From Mobula hypostoma (taxonomy: Eukaryota), in NCBI RefSeq assembly GCF_963921235.1, contig NC_086107.1:92878001-92942000 (forward strand): DNA of 64,000 nucleotides, written 5' to 3'. Under the pieces are notes generated by a model. The model had not been told where the DNA came from. It did not search any database and saw only the letters and a list, made by a program, of their open reading frames with translations. This document shows, piece by piece, positions 50,905-64,000 of the stretch (positions within the stretch are counted from its first letter, which is position 1; each line of letters opens with the position of its first letter). Made by a program: the position numbers and the translations under genes.

Positions 50905-53107
50905 CTTGGCAGCACCAGCAGAGCAGCAATGGCTGGAATTTCTGCTACAAATGAGGGAAGTGCAAGGCAGATATATTCCAAATAAGAAATTTTCAAAGGG
51001 AAGGACACTACCGTGGCTGACAAGTGAAATCAGAGCCAAAATAAAAGCAAAAGAGAGGGCATACAAGGAAGATAGAGGATTGGGAAGCTTTTAAAAACTT
51101 GCAGAAGGAAACTAAGAAGGTCATTAGGAAAGAAAAAATGAATTATGAGAGGAGGCTGGTGACTAATTATCAAAGAAGATACTAAAAGCTGTTAAGGGTA
51201 AAAGAGAGTCGAGGGTATATAAAGGACCAATACAAAATAACACTGGAGATTTTGTAATGAGAGATGCAGAGGAACTGAATGCGTATTTTGCATCAGTCTT
51301 CACAGTGGAAGACGTCCGCAGTATACCAGACATTCAAGAGTGTTGGAAGTGAAGTGTGTGCAGTAAAAATTACGACTGAGAAGGTGCCCAGGAAGCTTAA
51401 TGGTCTGAGGGTGGATAAATTTCCTGGACCTGATGGAATGCACCTTTGGGCTCTGAAGGAAGTAGCTGGGGAGATATTGAGGCATTAATGATGATCTTTC
51501 AATAATCGATAGATTCTGGCATTGTACGGCATAACTAGAAAATTACAAATGTTACTCCACTATTTAAGAAGGGTGGGAGGCAGCAGAAAGGAAACTATAG
51601 ATCAGTGGTTGGGAAGTTGTAGGAATCGATTGTTAGGGATGAGATTACGGAGTACCTGGAGGCACATGACAAGATAGGTCAAAGCCAGCACGGTTTCCTG
51701 AAAGGAAAATCCTGCCTGACAAACCTACTGTGATTCTTTGAGGAAATTACAAGCAGGGTAGACAAAGGAGGTGCAGTAGACATGGTGTACTTCAATTTTC
51801 AGAAGGCCTTTGACAGGGTGCCATACATGAGGCTGCTTAGCAAGATAAGAGCCCATGGAATTACAGGAAAGTTACTGCATGGGTGGACCATCGGCTGGTC
51901 AGCAGAAAACAGTGAGAATAAAGGGATCCTATTCTGGCTGGCTGCTGGTTCCACAGGGGTTGGTGCTGGGACCACTGCTTTTTACAATGTATGTCAATGA
52001 TTTGAGACTGTGGTATTAATGGATTTGTGGCTAAATTTACCGATAATACAAAGATAGGTGGAGGAGCGGGTAGTGTTGAGGAAACAGAGCCTGCAGAGAG
52101 ACTTGGGTAGTTTAGGGGAATGGTCAAAGAAGTGGCAAATGAGATACAACGTTGGAAAGTGTATGGTTATGCACCTTGGCGGAAGAAATAAACAGGCAGA
52201 GTATTATTTAGATGGGGAGAGAATTTAAAATGCAGAGATGCAAAGGGACTTGGGAGTCCTTGTGCAAGATACCCTAAAGGTTAACCTCCAGGATGAGTCG
52301 GTTGTGAAGAAGGCAAATGCAATGTTGGCATTCATTTCTAGAAGTACAGAATAGAAGAGCAGGGATGTGATGTTCAGGCTCTATAAGGCACTTGTGAGAC
52401 CACACTTGGAATAATTGAATATTGGTCCTGACGAAGGGTCTCAGCCTGAAACGCCGACTGTACCTCTTCCTATAGGTGCTGCCTGGCCTGCTGCATTCAC
52501 CAGCAACTTTTATGTGTGTTGCTTGAAATTCCAGCATCTGCAGATTTCCTCGTGTTTGCGTTGGAATATAGTGTGCAGTTTTGGGCTCCTTATTTTAGAA
52601 AGAATATACTGACATTGGAGAGGGTTCAGAGAGGATTCCCAAGAATGATTCCTGGAATGAAAGGGTTACTGTATGAGGAATGTCTGGCAGCTCTTGGGCT
52701 GTATTCCTTGGAGTTCAGGAGAATGAGGGGGGAATCTCATAGAAACATTCTGAATGTTAAAATGCCTGAACAGATTAGATATGGCAAAGTTATTTCCCAT
52801 GGTAGGGGATTCTAGGACAAGAGGGCACAACTTCGGGATTGAAGGACGTCCTTTTAGAACTGAGATGTGAATAAATTACTTTAGTCAGAGGGTGGTAAAT
52901 CTGGAATTTGTTGCCATGAGCAGCTGTGGAGGCCAAGTCATTGGGTGCATTTAAGGCAGAGATAGATAGGTTTTTGATTAGCCAGGGCATCAAAGGGCTA
53001 AGGCAGTGGAGTGGGGTTGGAAGAATTGAATCAGCCCATGATTGAATGGCGGAGCAGACTTGATGGACTGAATGGCCTACTTCTGGTCCTATATGTTATG
53101 GTCTTAA
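50905..53107 (+). mobile_element. CR1 LINE, 5'-truncated ORF2 (RT) with 3' tail, decayed
   Basis: KFPGPDGMH, VYFNFQKAFDRVP and YSVQFWAPYFRKNILTLERVQR motifs; CR1 3' end. Confidence 0.9.
52414..52560 (+). mobile_element. Short Penelope pseudo-LTR insertion inside the CR1
   Basis: TSD TTGGAATA (52406-52413, 52561-52568); hammerhead motif 52425-52459 with the GUC site mutated to GCC. Confidence 0.8.
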
Positions 53108-53686
53108 GATCAGGGTTCGATTCACATTCTTGTCTAAGGAGTTTGTGTGTTTTTCCTCCCACATTCCAAAGACATACGGCTTAGGGTTAGTAAACTGTAC
53201 ACGTTCTGTTGGCGCCAGAAACACGCCGACACTTGCATTAGTGTGTTGGTCATTGACACAAATGATGTATTTCACTGTATGTTTTGATGTGCATGACAAA
53301 TAAAGCCAATCTTTTTTATCTTTGCAACTATTTGATCCACAACAAAAAAAAATCGAATTACTTGTGTATAACAGAGCAAGGATCTATTCATTCCTAACAG
53401 TTCTAGTCACTTTTGTAAATGTGCAGACACTGGATAAAAGAATATACTTTGCTTACATTTTCTGAAGACCTTTCACATAAACACACGGAAATGAGAGGTA
53501 GAACATCTGGACCCTGAAACCTGCCCAAATTCAATATGAATTTGATCCACAGCAGGCCTCAACTCCTCTTTTGTGTCAGATCCGCATGGTGCTCAATCAC
53601 CCAGTCTTTCAAAAACGTGTCTACCTTCACTTTAAATATACTCATGACATAGCCTTAAACATAATAGATTCTAGAAATGCAGAACA

Positions 53687-54300
53687 TCACACACAATGCT
53701 GGAGGAACTCAGCAGATGAGGCAGTACCTATGGAGAAATTTAAACAGTCCATGTTTTGGGCTGAGACACTTCATCAAGACTGGAAAAAGAGACAGAAGGT
53801 GGTGGAGACAGGAAGGAGCAAGTGATAGGTGAGACCGGGTAAAGGGTGGAAGTGGGTGGGTGGGGGAGAGAGGGTGACATAAGAAGTTGTAAGGTGCTAG
53901 GTAGAAGAGGTAACGGGTTGAAGAAGGAATCTAAAAAGGGAGGACAGTGGACTGTGGGAGAAAGAGGAGGGAACCAGAGGGATGTGATAGGTGAAGAGAA
54001 GAGAGTGGGAGCCAGAATGGGAAATGGAAAGGGGGGGGGGGGGAAGAAGGAATCCAAAGTTTGAGAAACCCTAATGCCATCAGGTTGGAGGCTACCCAGA
54101 CAGAATATGAGGTGTCCCCTCCAGAAATGCTTCACTTCCCCCACCTTCTTACTCTGGCTTCTGCCCCATCCTTTCCAGTCCTGACAAAGGGTCTTGGAAC
54201 AAAATGTCAACTCTTTATTCCTCTCAGTAGGTGCTGCTGGACTTTCCGAGTTCCTCCAACACTTCGTGTGTGTGTGTGTTGCTCTGGATTTCCAGCATCT
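53687..54300. mobile_element. Older inverted pair of Penelope pseudo-LTRs
   Basis: ACACAATGCTGGAGGAACTC ... GAGTTCCTCCAACAC in inverted orientation; degenerate hammerheads on both strands; LIFCLGSLQPDGI remnant on the minus strand. Confidence 0.7.
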
Positions 54301-55030
54301 TGTTTAAAATTCTCCACCCCACCTCATCTAGTTTTGAAGTTGACCCAGTGAAGCCTGACAACATCTCACCTCCGATGAAGGCCTGCTTCAGAAATCAATG
54401 CTGAATCACTTCACATGATAATCGAGTCGGCAATGAAGTACGACCATTGGCCCACTGAATCAGTGTAAGAGTAGGCAGTTGCGTGAGCGTTCAAAGGGTC
54501 AGCTGTCTCTATTGTTATGTGAAATGTTTTGAAATTGCAAAACTGGCAGCTCAAGCAGCCAGAATTATTTGTAACTTTTACTTTCTTGCTGTGCACAGCC
54601 GATTAAGTCAACCCTTGGGAAGAAATAACAGTGAGATCGGAAAAATATCAGAAACTTTAATCTAAAGTCTTCAACTAAACGTTCTCAAATCGGGAAGTGA
54701 AATCACAAAGCATCATGATCACAAGAGAGAGAAATAACTTTGGGCAAGCAGATGTAGTGGAAGTCAATGAAGAAATGCTCTGAACACAGTCAATTGAAAG
54801 ACGAGGGTATCCACAGAATGGGTAAACATGCACCTCAAGTCAGGAGGGAAACATGGGGAGTGAGATTTGGCTTTTTCAATACCAAAAATAAATTAGATGT
54901 AAGCATTTTATTAGACATGTTTAAACACCCCGTTTCTATGTTTATGCTTCCTTGTTTTCTATCATTAACACATCCTTCATCAAACTGTTTTTCCACCATG
55001 TTCCTCACTGATGAATTCACATCTTTCTCC

Positions 55031-55596
55031 TTATCCCTTTTGGTCTTTGCTTGCTTTGTTTTGTCCTTCTGCTGCGACCTCTTCTCCTTTTCCTCTGTCC
55101 GGCTTTGTTTCCTCCTTCTCTCGCTGTTTCTTCTCCTCCTCCCCCCTCCGCTTAGCCTTCTTTTCCCTCCGTCTCTCTTCCTTTTCTCGCTGCCTCTCTT
55201 CCCTTTTTCGCCGCCTCTCTTCCCTTTCCTGCTGCCGCCTCCCCTTTTCCGTGCCCCCCTTGTCCTCCCTTTCTTTCTTTTTATCCTTTTCTTGTTGCCT
55301 CTTCTCCTCTTTCTCCTTCAACTGTTGCTCTCTTTCCTTCTGTTTTTCCATTTTCTCCTTCTTCTTATCTTTATCCCCCTGTTTCCTCTCTTTGCCCTCC
55401 TTGTCCTTTGATTTCTTCTTCTGCCTGTCCTTGCCTTCATCCGACTTCTTTCTGTCATCTTTCTGCTCACTCTCCATCTTTAGTTCCTCCTCATGGTCTT
55501 CAGTCGGAGTTGTCACTGGCGCCAACATCTGGTCTTCCTCTGGAGATTTCTCTTTAGAACCCTTGTCTTTCTTGAAGAAGTTGAAACCCATCGGCC
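55031..55596 (-). CDS. Terminal coding exon of an unidentified gene; Lys/Glu/Arg-rich, low-complexity charged C-terminus
   Basis: Acceptor CCCTTTGCTTTTCTTGGCAG| (phase 1); about 188 open codons PMGFNFFKKDKGSKEKSPEED...KDQKG-stop with varied codons, so not a simple repeat; AATAAA on the minus strand at 54907-54912. Confidence 0.7.
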
Positions 55597-55759
55597 CTGC
55601 CAAGAAAAGCAAAGGGATTACACCACAATCATTTCAGTTTACCTTTTAGTTTCAGTTAGCCAGAGCCAAAGAGAGGAGCACTTTCAGATTGAAAAGTGAA
55701 AATTGATTGGTTAATTAGTTAATTGGCAGCAGACAATTAAAAGATGTTAGGGTCAACAG

Positions 55760-57815
55760 AGTGGCCATTGTGGGAATGGTAGAGTGGGGGAGCTGTGGCT
55801 TTGTCGAGCAGAGGCGAAGATTAAGCTTAAGGTGAGATACTGGTTAGTTCACTTTTATTCTTTCTTATTGCACAGGTGAAAGCAGTGGGAATGACCGTCA
55901 AGGCCGTGGAGTGCTCCTTTTGCAGGATGTGGGAAGTCAAGCAGACCTCCAGTGTCCCTGGTGACAACACCTGCAAGAAGTGCATCCAGTTGTAGCTCCT
56001 TACAGACCGTTTTAGGGAACTGGCGCTGGAGATGGATGAACCCCAGACCATTTGAGAGACTGAGGGGTTGATAGACAGGAGTTCCAGGGAGAGGGAACGG
56101 AAATAAGGAGTCAGTGCGGAGTACCCCTGTGGGCATTCCCCTCAAAAGCAGGCATACCGTTGGGGGGAGGGGGGAGTGGGGGAAATGACCTACCAGGGAA
56201 AGCTGCAATGGCCAGATCTCTGGCATTGAGTCTGGTTCTGTGGCTCAGAAGGGAAGAGGGGAAGAAGAGGAGTGCAGCGGTGAGACGGAATTCAATAGTT
56301 AGAGCAGCAAACAGAAGGTTCTGTGGATATAATAGAGACACTCAGATGATATCTTGCCTCCCAGATTCCAGGGTCAGGGACATCTCGGATTGGGGCCACA
56401 GCATTCTATGGTGGTGGGGAGAGGGTTGGGGGGGGGGGGGTAAGGTGAGCAGCCCGAAGTCATGATACATAGTGGTACCAAGCCAGGGAAAAAGCTGAAA
56501 AGCAGAACCTCAAGAGTGGTAATCCTGCCTGTGCCTCATGCCAGTAAGGGTAAGAATATGATAATTTGGCAGTGATTGAGGAAAAGGTGCAGTGGGCAGG
56601 GTTTCAGATTCCTGGTTCATTGGGATCTCTTCTGAGGATCTGTCCAAAAGGGACAGGTTACACTCAAAAAGGACCAATGTCCTTTGGTTTGTTAGAACTG
56701 TTAGGGGAGGGCTTAAATGAGATAGGGAGAGGAATTGGAATTGGAGTGATAGGCCAGAGGTTAGGGCAGTTGGTAAATGTAAAGTGAGAGACTGAGAGAC
56801 CATAAGAAATTTGTAGGGCATAAACTCATTCAGTTGTATGTGTTGAAATGTGTTTAATACGAGAAGTATTAAGGACAAAGGTGATGAACTTGGAGCATGG
56901 TTCAGTGGGGTTCAGCAGCAATCAGTTCTGGGACCCCATTCTTCACGATTATTATAAATGACTTGGATGGGGAAGTGGAAGGGTGGGTTTGCAGATGACA
57001 CGAAGGTCGGTGCTGGTGTGGAGAGTGTAGGGGGTTGTCGAGGGTTACAACAGGTCATTGATAGGGTGCTGATGGAGTCCAATCCAGAAAAGTGTTAAGT
57101 TGTACACTTTGGAAGTTCAAATTAACGGCAGGATTCCTATCAGTGTGGAGGAACAGGAAGGTCTTGGGGTGCACGTCCATAGATCCTCAAAGCTGCCAAC
57201 ATGTTGTTAGGGTGGTTAAGTAGATATATGGTAAGTTGGACTTCATTAATTGGGGAATCAAGTTAAAGAGGTGTGAGATAATATTGTTTCTCTATAAAAC
57301 ATTGGTTAGACTACACACTTGGAATATTGTGTTCTGATCTGGCCATCTCATGTGGTAGCTTTAGATAGGGTGCTGAGGAGATTTATCAACACGCTGCCTG
57401 GATTAGATTGTATGCCTTATGAGGATAGGTTGAGCAAGCTAGGGCTTACCTCTTTGGCCCAAAGGAAGATGGGAGGCATAGAGAGAGTGGGCAGCCTGCG
57501 CCTTTTTCTCAGGGTGTGAATGGCTAATAGCAAAGGATATTCTTTTAGGTTAAATAGAGAAAAGTATGAGGTAAGTTTTTTTTAAAAAAAGAGTGGTAGA
57601 TGAATGGAATGCATTGCTGGGGATGGTGATTGAGGCTGATACGACAGAGACATTTAAGAGGCTCTTAGATAGGCACATGGATGAAAGTTAAATTGAGCTA
57701 AGTTGTGGACTGTGTGGGAGGGAAGGATTAGATTGAGCGTGAAGTAGGTTTAGGTAGATCAGCACAATATTGTGGGCCAAAGGTCCTGTGCTGTGCTGTA
57801 GCGTTCTATGTTTTG
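55760..57815 (+). mobile_element. Decayed CR1 LINE with ORF1 (Zn-finger plus esterase-like) and a partly deleted ORF2
   Basis: AVECSFCRMWE...TCKKCIQL and IVRAANRRFCG...CLPDSRVRDIS ORF1 motifs; EYCVLIWP RT C-terminus. Confidence 0.75.
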
Positions 57816-57974
57816 TGTTTGGAGACCTTATAGATATGGCACCAAGTAGTTGGTCATCTCAACAAGGTATGAACGAGCAAAACTGGTTTGAAGCATAGCT
57901 TCAAGCAGACTTGGTCCACAGCCGGAGGTCAATTAAATACCATAGGCAAATTTTCACCACAATACAGGATCGCA

Positions 57975-58590
57975 TGACATGCTTGTCTTCATTGGTAGAG
58001 CCATTGGGTACAAGGGTAAGGAGGTCATGCTACAACTGTATAAAACTTTAGTTAGACAGTACTTGGAGTGTTGTGTGTATTTCTGGTTGCCCCATTATAG
58101 GAAGGATGTGGAGGTTTTGGAGAGGCTGCAGAAGAGGTTCACCAGGATGCTGCCTGGATTAGAGAGTATGGCCGAGAAGCAGAGGTTAGACAAATTGTGT
58201 TTTCTCCAGTGCTGGAAGCTGAGGGGAGACCTGATGGAGGTTTATACAATTATGAGCCCCATAGAAAGCGTTGACAGTCAGAATCTTTTCCCCCGGGTAA
58301 AAATGTCTTAACCTCAAAGAATATGCTTTTAAGGTTGGGGGGTGTTTTTAAAGGTGATCTGAGGGGCAAGTATTTTTTTTAAAAACATACAGTATGGTCG
58401 GTGCCAAGAAGGAGTTAGCAGGGTAGTAGCAGACCAGTATGGCGGAGTTTCAGAGGCTTATGGATAGTCACAGGAATGGGAGGATATGGATGCTATACAG
58501 GAGGGCCTTTAGTATAAATTGGCATCAAGACTGGCCTGAGGTTGTGGGCCGAATGGTCTGTGCTGTGCTGTACTCTTCTATGTTCTAACA
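57975..58590 (+). mobile_element. CR1 LINE 3' fragment
   Basis: LQLYKTLVRQYLECCVYFWLPHYRKDVEVLERLQKRFTRMLPG; TTCTATGTTCT tail. Confidence 0.85.
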
Positions 58591-59613
58591 TGCCGGGAAG
58601 TGTGTGTATTTATTGTCCATTCCATCTCCTGGCCTTCACGTGTGGCTTAGCTACTAAGCCCAGCAGACCTGTTTCTACTGACAGGAGAAGGGGCAAAGGT
58701 GGGTTACTGGCACCTTAAAACCAGTTGCTTCGGGCAGATGGGGCTCATCAGTCATGGTTGGCAGCTCATCTAGGAGAAGGAAAACTCTGATTTCAACCTC
58801 CACCACTTTGAGGCTATATCCACTCATGGGATATGGGAATAAACCCCTGAGGGAAAAATCCAGAGCTGTAGTCACTCAGGCAGTCCTACGTTGAGTTCAA
58901 TGCTGACTGGCAACTCCTGCGATGCTGCTGGTACCAAACTGCATTGGTCTCCGCTGTTCCTTTGGGTTCATACGAAGAGGGGGAGCTTGCTACATGGGCA
59001 ACAGCTTGCTCTCCATATCGTACTGCCCAGGCTTGCTTAACTAAACAGTTAGGTCGCTATATCCATGGTCAACTCTGACCAACAGAGGCCTCAACCAACT
59101 TCACTACCCCAGAGCTGAGGAGATAACCAACCTCAGTGCTGGATCATTGATTAAGGATTGCCTGAAGGACCAGATAGAATTTTAAGACATCCCCATCAGT
59201 TCATCATTACCCCACACCCCCAACACACTTTTTAACTCCAGAGGCATTTAATAACCAGAACTGAAGTTACCCAGGTGGCAAGGTGAGATGCAAGCTTTGG
59301 TCGGTGCACCGGAGTTCACCCACAAGCTTCCCTAATCCTTGAGCGTGCAGAAAATGATCCAAGAGACCAAAAGAATGTCAGCCAGCCTTTACACTTAGAG
59401 AGCCACAATGCAAGCAGAAAGGAGTTACGGTAGAGATATACAAAGCCCAGGTTAGACCTGGCAGATGTGTGTGCATGCTGGAAAATGGTATTTAATCTTG
59501 AAGGATGACTTGATTGAAGTTTCTCAAGGAATTGACAAGAGTGGCAGAAACCAAGGACTGAGAGGTTTAGTCCAATATTCAGAGCTACCCGAGCAGTCAA
59601 CACCTCGACATAC

Positions 59614-59641
59614 GGAGAGAGCAGCAGAGATTTAGAATGCT
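59614..59641 (-). CDS. Candidate 28-nt penultimate exon of the unidentified minus-strand gene
   Basis: Acceptor TTGCTATTTTTCAG|, donor CC|GTATGT; encodes SILNLCCSL plus 1 nt, phase-compatible with the 55596 acceptor (...CCSLRPMGFNFFKK). Confidence 0.35.
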
Positions 59642-61779
59642 CTGAAAAATAGCAATTACTGTGGGGGCCAGTTGTTAAATTTGTATCAGAGATTGAAGGA
59701 TCTCGTTAACCACATATGTGAAGACACATAGGGTCAGCGAGTTGTTGGTGGGTTCTGGAGTCGGAGCTCAGTGTGGGCAGGAGGAACGAGTTCCCATGAC
59801 TCCTTGGGTTCAAGAATCGGTGAGACTGGAGGTCGACGTCTAGTGTTTGGTGATTGGCGAGTCCTCTGGCCGAAGCTGAGGATCGAATCGCAAGTCTGGA
59901 AGCCGGAGCCCTGGCTCTGCAAATCTGCTCGGGTAGTCAAAGGATCAACATCTGCATGTTTGCACCCAAATCCGGGTCGAAGAATACAGGCAGTCTTCGG
60001 ATTAGAGGACTGCATATATGCATGGGTGGGAGGGAGGAACAGGGGATTGTTTTTGCTGTCGCTGCTTTGTTGCTTGTTGTTCAGTTGAGCATTGTGGGCA
60101 TGCTACGTAGGGGCCGGAGTGTGTCCCGCCACTTGCAGGAAGGGGTACATGGAGTAGTACACTGCAGGTTGGGGTGCCGGAAGTGGAGGCTCATCGAGTG
60201 AAAGGCGAGGATGAGGGGTCTCTGCGTCTGTTGGGAGGAGGGGTCAGAGCAGGACGAGAAACTGAGGAGAAATCCTTCAGCAGACAGCACCAAGTTGCAA
60301 TCTCTGTTGACGTCGGGGCTCGGACTCAGTTTAGTTTTAAGTTTGCAAGGATGGTTTTGTGGACAGAGAGCGGAGCTGGGGTTCAGGTGAAGGTTTAGGG
60401 ACTGGGAGTGAGAGAGTTCGAGGTCAGGCCGGAGTGTTTTGTGGGTTGAAGGCCAGTGATCCCTGTGGACACAGATGTCAGGCCAGCAAAATGGTGTGGA
60501 CGAAGTCTAGCAAGGGCGATGGCAGGTGACCCTTCAGACCGGTGGGTCCCAGCATCCAAGGTCCTTGCACATGGGGGGCCAGTGATACCACCCTCCCAAG
60601 TTGGCAAGTTTGAAATACATGCCCAGGAATTCAGGGTGCCATCATCAGAGAGTCCTGAGGTTGATAGCAGCAAAGATGGGAGTCTCGAAGATGAGGCCTG
60701 ATGGCCAAAGACCTGGGTCTGCAAGTCTACTAGGCAAGTCGGAGGCCTGATTTCTGCAAGTCCACTGGAGGCTGGAGGCTGGGAGCTGGCCTCTGTCCTG
60801 GGGTTGAAGGCCTGTCTGCATGTGTGACTGGGAGAGAGGTAAAGGAGTTGTTGTCTTGTTGCTATATCGGCACCAGAAAGTGTGGCAACACTTGGCAGCT
60901 GGGCCCAGGTTGTTAACAGTTGTGTTGGTTGTCAAAGCAAACAATGCATTTCACTGTATGTTTCAATGTACATAACAAATGAATGTGAAATCAGAGAGGA
61001 AACCATGCTTCCTAACAAAGGGCGTTTTAGATGTCTGGAAGAGAAAGCCTCATCTTGAGAGCAGATGTGGTGGAGTCAGACACATTGGAAGAAGGGAATG
61101 GCAGCCTCACAGGAGATAGGGTGGGAAGAGGCGAAGTCTACGTGGTTGAGGGAGTCAGTGAGTTTATAGTAACTATTACTCGATGGTTTATATGCTGAGA
61201 TGGATACAGCAAGATTTAGAAGAGTAGATAGATAGAGGTATGCCTGATTGAGTGGACAGCCCAAAGACTAAATTAGCCCAGAAATGGCAAATACAAGGGG
61301 CAGAATTTTAAAGTGATTATATTAATGTATTGGGGGGGGGGGGGGAGACGTCAGTGGTAAGTTCTATTTTTAAAAACATGAAGAATGGTGGGGGTGTGGA
61401 ATGCACCATCAAGGGTGGTGGTCGAGGCAAATACTTCAGAAGCATTTAAGAGACTCTTAGGTAGGCACATGGATGATAGGAAAATGGGGGCTATGTAAGA
61501 GGAAGGGTTAGAGTGATCTTAGAGGTTAAACGGTCAGCACAACATCATGGACTGAAGGGCCTTTACTGTGCTGTGATGTTCTATGTTGTATGTGCTAAAA
61601 CGAAGAGAAGTATCAGAAATGGTCCACGCGAGAGCAGGGTGAAACAGAGAAATCTGTTACGTTTCAGACTGGGCTGTTTTCCCGTTGGACGGTAGAATAT
61701 GTCTGAGGGCCAAATGGGCTCTGCCTGTTCCTACAGAATGATCATCATAAATTCTAAAGGGGGAAGGTGTGCAGCCGGA

Positions 61780-64000
61780 GGTCATGGTAAATACTGGACT
61801 GTAAGTGTTATATTCGAATGCACATGGCATAAGAAACAAAATGGACAATCTTGAATCTCAGCTAAAGATTGGCAAGTATGACGTTGTGGCCACCTCTGAA
61901 ACTTGGCTAAAGAATGGCTGCCATTAGGAACTGAACGTCCAAGGCTATATGGTTTATCGGAAAGATAAGTTAGTATGCAGAGGGGATGGTTGGCCCTGTG
62001 TATAAAAAATAATATTAAATCATCAGAAAGAAATGACATAAGATCAGAAGGAGTAGAGTCTCTATGGGTTGAGTTAAGAAATGGCAAGGCTAAAAGGACC
62101 CCAAAGGCAGTTGTAGACAGGCCTCCAAAAAGCAGCCAAGATGTGGATTACAAATTACAGCAGGAGATAGAGAAGGCACATCAGAAGGGCAACGCCATGA
62201 TAATCGTTGGGGATTTTAACATGAAAGTGGATTGGGAAAACCAGGCCAGTACTGGACCTCACGAGAGAGAAATTGTAGAATGTCTAAGGGAGTGTTTTTA
62301 GAACAGCTTGTTGTTGAGCCCACTAGGGGATCGGCTGTGCTGGATTGGGTGTTGTGCAATGATCCGGAGGTGATAAGATACCTTAAGGTTAAGGAACCCT
62401 GAGGGAACAGTGATCACAATACGATTGAGTTCACATTGAAATTTGAGGAGAAACTAAATTCCAATGTGTCGGTATTTCAGTGGAATAAAAGAAATTACAA
62501 TGAGATGAGGGGGGATCCGGCGAAAGTTGAATGGAAAGGGACACTAGAAGGAAGAACAGCACAGCAGCAATGGCTACACTTTCTGCAGGAAATGAGGGAA
62601 GTGCAAGAAAGGTATATTGGTGCAGGGGGGAGAGTTTCATATTTTGGGATCATTGGGATCTCTTCTGGGGAAGGTATGACCTATACAAAAAGAACGGGTT
62701 AAACTTGAGCCTAAGGGGGACCAATACCCTTGCGGGCAGGTTTACTAGAGCAGTTCAGGAAGGTTTAAACTAATTTGGCAGGTGGATGGGAATGGGAGTG
62801 ATATGGCTAAGGATGGGGCATCTATACATTTAGGTGCAGTATGTAGTGAGATTGTGAGGAAGGACAGGCAAATGATAGGGCAAAATTGCTGTCAGTGGGA
62901 TAAGTTGAACTGTAACATGGGGGCAAAAGCAAAAAGGGTGATGAATACAGGACTGAAGTGTTATATTGGAATGCATGCAGTATACAGAATAAGGTAGATG
63001 ATCTTGTAGCTCAATTAGAGATTTGCAGATACGACGTTGTGGGCATCAATGAGTCATGGCTGAAAGAAGAACAGAATTAGGAGCTTAACACCCAAGGATA
63101 CACATTGTATCAAAGGAACAGGCAGATGGGGTACCTCTATTGGTAAAAAATTAAATCAAATCCTTAGAAAGAGTGAGTGACATAGGATCAGAAAATGCAG
63201 AATCCTTGCGGGTAAAGTTAAGAAACTGCAAGGATAAAACAACCCTGATGGGAGTTATATACAGTCCTCCAAATAGTAGCCAGGATGTTGGCTACAAATT
63301 AAATTAGATTATGAGGACACGCAGTCCTCTTTTATTGTCATTTAGTAATGCATGCATTAAGAAATGATACAATATTCCTCTGGTGTGATATCACAGAAAC
63401 ACAGGACAGACCAAGACTGAAAAACTAACAAAAAACACCTAATTATAACATATAGTTACAACAGTGCAACAATACCATAACTTGATGAAGAACAGGCCAT
63501 GGCACAGTAAAAAAGTTCAAAGTCTCCCGAAAGTCCCACATCTCACGCAGACGGGAGAAGGGAGAAAACTCTCCTTGCCATGCCCGACCACAGTCCGACT
63601 CTGAGTCGTCCGAAAACTTCAAGCTCTGATCAGTCCTCCGACACCGAGTACCGAGCACCATCTCTGCCGAATGCTTCGACCTCAGCCTCGGTCACCAGCA
63701 GCAGGCAAAGTCGGGGAGTTTGGGGCCTTCCCTCCGGAGATTGTCGATTGCACAGTAGCAGCAGCAGTGAACCTGGCATTTCAGAAATTTCTCCAGATGT
63801 TCCTCTGCTTCTCGCGTCTGTCTCCATCAAATCAGAATTGTGCACGGCGTCCTATTTACAAACACGATATCACTTACCAACTAGAGAGCAGGCTATTCTG
63901 GACTGGGTTTTGAACAATGAGGAAGGGTTAATTAGCGATCTTGTCGTGAGAGGTCCCTTGGGTAAGAGTGACCATAATATGGTGGAATTCTTCATTAAGA
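61780..64000 (+). mobile_element. Interleaved CR1 ORF1/ORF2 (APE endonuclease) fragments, with a further repeat inserted at ~63305-63880
   Basis: ESLWVELRN...IIVGDFNM..DW endonuclease motifs; the endonuclease start is repeated at ~61.8 and ~62.95 kb. Confidence 0.75.

Noticed and set aside
54767..55649. Plus-strand Leu/Phe/Ser-rich ORFs (214 and 212 aa)
   Set aside because: Antisense shadows of the purine-rich minus-strand exon, which has the splice acceptor and poly(A) signal.

Overview
Repeat-dense vertebrate genomic DNA. The mix of CR1, L2, Rex/Babar and Penelope retroelements, V-SINE/CORE-like SINEs, and hAT and Tc1 transposons suggests a cartilaginous fish, probably a ray (inference). 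The main gene is an SRSF3 (SRp20)-like splicing factor on the + strand, from about 9.9 to 45 kb. It has a CpG-rich promoter and non-coding exon 1 near 9.7-10.0 kb, four coding exons (24340-24548, 26096-26239, 40181-40267, 44542-44569) that join into a 155-aa RRM+RS protein, and a 567-nt poison-exon homologue (33212-33778). That exon's premature stop overlaps a possible alternative donor that would make it an in-frame 41-codon cassette. No counterpart of the 39-nt mammalian exon 5 was found. A second, unidentified gene converges from the - strand, with a Lys/Glu/Arg-rich terminal exon (55031-55596). Penelope-derived repeats carry many minimal type I hammerhead ribozyme motifs, two with intact cores, often as inverted pairs or short TSD-flanked mini-elements. 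Several nested DNA transposons have recognisable TIRs and TSDs. Comparisons with human SRSF3 come from memory and need to be confirmed by alignment.
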